DNA of 64,000 nt. Origin: Lytechinus pictus (Eukaryota). The notes under the pieces were generated by a model. That model saw nothing but the letters and a program-made list of their open reading frames with translations, was not told the DNA's origin and made no database searches. The DNA lies in the NCBI RefSeq assembly GCF_037042905.1, contig NC_087251.1, positions 4,094,001-4,158,000 on the forward strand. The letters are read 5' to 3'. Of the stretch, positions 58,908 to 64,000 are shown in pieces. The translations under genes were made by a program, and so were the position numbers. How positions within the stretch are numbered: the first letter of the stretch is position 1; every line of letters starts with the position of its first letter.

Positions 58908-61702
58908 GTCTCTTTTAGGAAGTCAAGTAAAAATAAAAAAATACCCCAGTTACCCACAAATAATAATGATAATAATAATAAAAATAATAATATGAGTAAT
59001 AGCAGATAGAAATCAACAGGTTAAAACCTGTTTAAAGATTTGGTAGGTTCTATAGTTGCATTATCATAAAACATTCCAATCTTACAAGAGTGTAACACAA
59101 ATGTATTCCTAAAGGATAATGACAGACACTGGCGAAAGATTCACCAAACCTGAGAGGCTTTTACATCATACATGTACACATATGTATCAATTTTTCATAA
59201 TCACATGTCATGCACAGATATCCAAGGACTGTTGGTAAATATTCACAATTTCACACCAACAGCTTTGAGAACTGATACACTGACCTGAATAATAATACCC
59301 TGAGAGGCCCAACTTGACCTTGACATAAAGGTGTTTACTTGCCAGGTAAGGAAGGGTTCATATGACACTGATTGTTTGGGGGTTAGAAAAATATATTGGA
59401 AGATTTATGTTTCAGTAACATGGAGGTGTTGCAAAACTCCTCAGAGGGCTTACAAGTCTATTTCATGTACCTTGCAAACACCCAAGTCATCCTACACTGT
59501 CTCTATACCTGTACTGTATAGTGAGTACATCAAGAAAAAAAAATAGCTAGATTTTGGACTACCAACAAGGTCCAACATGTGCATAAATTCGTGAAATCAT
59601 ACTAATACAAAAAATTAAATCACTACTACATGTATGTAAATCTTGATTAACTTGTTGGTAGATTACGACAGTAGGGACTAAGGCGAACTTTATTTTCTTT
59701 AAATAAAAATCATTTTGATTGGATTTTCTAAGTGCTGGAGTTCATTTATTGTTTACATGACGAGCAGGCAGGGCCCAGCACCTTGATATTTTCTAATGAT
59801 ATGTGTAGAAAAAGTCCAATAGATATTCAATAATATCAATATTATTTGCTTAATGATACATATGTTGTTTACCCAAATACAAACTTTGTCTTAATTTTTG
59901 TTTTGCTTTACTTTCTATGTACATAGGCCTATTATACAGATAATGGTAAGTCCATTGGTCAGTTTAAGACCCTGCTAAAAACATACTTTTTTAACAGATG
60001 ATTTTCCAGAATAACACAGTTATGGTCTCTCTATTGGAGGCACACACCAGCTTTGATATTCAGTATTGTTTCATAATTCTTCTTTTTAAAATGATTTTTG
60101 TATTATTAATATCACGCCCATTTCATTTTGTTGCCAAGTTTAATATTAGATAACAGCATGCTTAGAAATGTTTGTGGTTAAAAAATCATCTTTATTCTTT
60201 CTTTTTAATGAATTTACTGAATTGGAGGAGCGAGGAGGGGTTGATTTGTATTGATTTCACAGGGCCTTTTATCGTGTAGGCCCTACATGTATAGTACACA
60301 TGAACCTAGCAATGGATCAATTAATTTCTACATGAACTATAATCTGAAAAATAAATGCAAAAGGATACATTTTTTTAAACATATGCCTACATTCAACTGT
60401 ATAAAAACATTCATCAATTCTAGTTCTTTCTGATTGTAAATTGTTATATCAGAGTATCATGTGTTCTTACAACTGCACACAGACAAGAATTATCAAAATA
60501 GGTCACAGCAACATACTGAAATTCATATTAAAATTACGTACCTACTATTAAAGTTTGATCTTCTATTTAATATCAATTCTGTAACATTCATATATGACAA
60601 CCAAAATACAAGTCTGAGCAATGTGAGCATCCAAAGTTCTTCTACAAGTACATGTAGGTCTAAATGTAGTGTGCAATCATTTACTTGAACTCATATTCAA
60701 CGCTTTGTGGACTCTGCTTCCATGCAGAGCATAAATCCAATTATGAGAGCAAGCAGGACCACATACCTTCAAAATATTTCTCCTCCATCATAAAGATTCC
60801 ATGCAACATAACAATCAACAGGCAATCAACTGCATAAACTTTGCATGTACAAATTAAGGACACATCAATGAACCCATATAAAATGTAAACAAGAAGAGCT
60901 CTTTATGAAGGAAAACTGTGAAAATCAGAGTTTTTCATTATCGGCTCTCCAAAGAGCAAAAATCAAAGGAGACAATGGGTTATTTTCAGATCTGTTCCCA
61001 AGGCATCTCAAGAGTGTATCTTGATCATAGCCCTGGATTATGGAGATTCAATACACTTTATTGTGCAATGTGCTTTCATGAGCGTAAAACATGATTTCCC
61101 ATAGACTCATGTGATGAAATGGCACTAAAAATCCTTTCAATTAGAAATGATGATTTCAAAATTTTCAATTAATAGAGAGTCGAATGTTACTACCAGTGGA
61201 TAGGATATATATCTGACATTCCATATATTTCCAGTAAAGTTAGATGACATTTCTTACCAATTTCGGCAGAGGAAGTTCAGTTGTTACCCACCCTAAAATT
61301 AGAAACTTAGATGACCAATCATATTCATACACTTTTGTCAATCAGCTACATGTATATACAATTAAAAATTTGGGGAATTGGTTGGATGGAATGAATACAT
61401 ACATCTTTTGCCTTCCTGCTGTAAACAGGCTTGTGCGACTATGTGCACAGTTTAATTGTCATACATGCACATTAGTTATACCACTTTACCAGGGATATCG
61501 TAAGCCTGCTCCTGGCTGCTTACATACCTCTTTGGAAAGCTCAGAGATAAACTTTGTGTACCCAATGTATTTTGTTTTATCAACAAAACATACAGGTAAG
61601 TGAGCAATTGCATTTTTAAAAAAAATCGACTTGACCTTGTGTTATCAAGGTTAGATATGTAGGGTACATATGTGACATTCTGCATTCCCAATTTCTTCTT
61701 AA

Positions 61703-62305
61703 AGGTCAAGTCCACCTCAGAAAAATGTTGATTTGAATCAATAGAGAAAAATCAGACAAGCACAATGCTGAAAATTTCATCAAAATCGGATGTAAAATAA
61801 GAAAGTTATGACATTTCAAAGTTTCGCTTATTTTTAACAAAATAGTTATATGAACGAGCCAGTTACATCCAAATGAGAGAGTCGATGACGTCACTCACTC
61901 ACTATTTCTTTTGTTTTTTATTGTTTGAATTATACAATATTTCAATTTTTACGAATTTGATGATTAGGACCTCCTTGCCTAAAGAACAAAATGTTAAAAT
62001 AATGGAATTCCACGTGTTCAGGGAGGAATGAAACTTCATTTCACATGACAATGACAAGAAAATCAAAATATTTCATATTTCATATAATAAAATACAAAAG
62101 AAATAGTGAGTGAGTGATGTCATCGACTCTCTCATTTGGATGTAACTGGCTCGTTCATAAAACTATTTTGTTAAAAATAAGCGAATCTTTGAAATGTCAT
62201 AACTTTCTTATTTTACATCCGATTTTGATGAAATTTTCAGTGTTATGCTTGTTGAATTTTTCTCTTTTTATTCAAATCAAGTTTTTGTTGGGGTGGACTT
62301 GTCCT
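61703..62305. mobile_element. Kolobok-type ~600-bp MITE, family A, copy 4
   Basis: TTAA|AGGTCAAGTCCACCTC ... GGGGTGGACTTGTCCT|TTAA. Confidence 0.9.
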
Positions 62306-62669
62306 TTAAGGAGTCTTATTGTGCAGGTGCTAAAAGCACTTTCAAGTACATGCACAAAGAACACTAGCTGACTAGACCCTACCAATTCATTGTGAATGAG
62401 GTCACAAAGGCTCATGTGCTGTCAATCTAAATTTTGACACCATGACCCTTGATATCATACACACTATAATGATTCCATAATAAAACTGTATAGTATAATA
62501 TGCATTGAAATTATCTAGTAAAATGCAAGTACTGTCCTTGTTTTTAAATCTAGACTAATTTGATTTACTGGACTCTGAAAGATCTTTATTGTTGTTGGTA
62601 CCTGTCACTTACATGTATAATGTTATTTGTTGACATATATTTTATATACCGTAGTGTAGATGATGTTAA

Positions 62670-63269
62670 AGGGATGGTTCAGGCTGGAGATATCTATATC
62701 TCAATAAATAGAGTAAAATTCAGAGCAAAATGATGAAAATTTGATCAAAATCGGATAACAAATAGGAAGTTATTGAATTTTAAAGATTTGCATTATTCTG
62801 GTGTAACATTCGAGGCATGTCTTCATGAATATTCATTAGGTGGGCTGATGATGTCAAATCCCCACTTGTTTTGTATTTCATTATATGAAATTTGGTTTAT
62901 TCAAAAATTTTCTACTAAGAACAAAAACAATAGGATTGACAACTGATTATTAAAGTGCATTAGTTATTTGTTGCCGCAACTTATTTCATCATAATGGAGA
63001 CACATCATTTACACATGTATGAAAAAATGAAACATTTATGATTTCATGTAATAACATAAGAAAAAGGAAAGTGGGGATATGACATCATCAGCCCACCTAA
63101 TGAATATTCATGATGATGTGCAATTAACTGTTTTCACAAAATATTGATAAACTTTAAAATTCCATAACTTTGTTCTTTGTTATCCAATTTTGATGAAATT
63201 GTCAACATTTTGCTCTGTGAATTTTACTCTATTTATTTAGATATTATACATTCAGCCTGGACCATCCCT
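62670..63269. mobile_element. Kolobok-type ~600-bp MITE, family B
   Basis: TTAA|AGGGATGGTTCAGGCTG ... CAGCCTGGACCATCCCT|TTAA; internal palindrome. Confidence 0.88.
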
Positions 63270-64000
63270 TTAAGTTAAACCGTAGAGTGCTTTTCTAGAA
63301 CAAAATATAACATAGAACATGCCAATCCTGCAGTACTTACAAAATAAATATTTTAACATTAATGAAAAATAATAAAATAAATTACTCATAATTATACAAA
63401 CATACATTGTAAAAAATACAATGTACAAAATTGTACATGTATGGAGATATAACACCAATACAGCGTGGTTGAGGTTTTGCGGAAGAAGGACCTCCTAATT
63501 TGATAAAACTGTTTCCTTCGTGGTACTTTACGTGTACATGTATGTACTACTCTGGAAAAAATAATTATTCACTCATTTCACTGAGTTGCTTTATTGTCCT
63601 ACATGTAGTTGGTCCTTGCATGAACTGATCAATAGTTAGCCTGCCTTATTTTACATTGATTTCTATTTCATATTTTATTCACATATTTACCTGCAATTAA
63701 TGGCACTAGAAATTCAGTCAGATCCTTGAGAATATGAATTCCCCACATACAGATACATGAAATTGACAAACTTCCAATTTACTATGATGCCCCAAAACAC
63801 TTAGCCCATCCAAACCACTTTGCATTATATCGCTCAAATACAATGGTTTACAATGTGAAAGAAGAGAGATAGTCATAGACGATTTTGTTCACCACCAATA
63901 GAAACCATCCTGTATGAAATATAAATCAAAATGGAAAAGGTAAATGAATTGAGTATGATGTGTTTACAAACACCAACATAGAATAACATGTAAAGAAATG

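Overview
Eukaryotic, intron-rich animal DNA, AT-rich. The repeat landscape suggests an invertebrate deuterostome, probably a sea urchin (inference). Three spliced genes were reconstructed by hand. (1) The 5' end of MCM8 on the minus strand, running off the left edge. (2) A 12-coding-exon, ~824-aa coiled-coil protein with three UVR-like motifs on the plus strand (29810-39825). Its last intron is a U12-type AT-AC intron, and its N-terminus carries both tepsin-type AP-4 ear-binding motifs. (3) A complete group II PAK kinase (PAK4/5/6/Mbt-like, ~760 aa) on the minus strand (48844-55709) with a DPR-repeat linker. Introns and the ~11-29 kb intergenic region are packed with non-autonomous DNA transposons (Kolobok-, Academ-, P-, piggyBac-, Harbinger-, hAT-like, Helentron/HINE-like) and tRNA-SINEs. 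Several are nested, including two 34-39 bp 'TIR-only' insertions with 8-bp TSDs at the apex of a 1.6-kb foldback. No transposase ORF, CRISPR array or functional RNA gene was recognised. Most ORFs in the supplied track are spurious.
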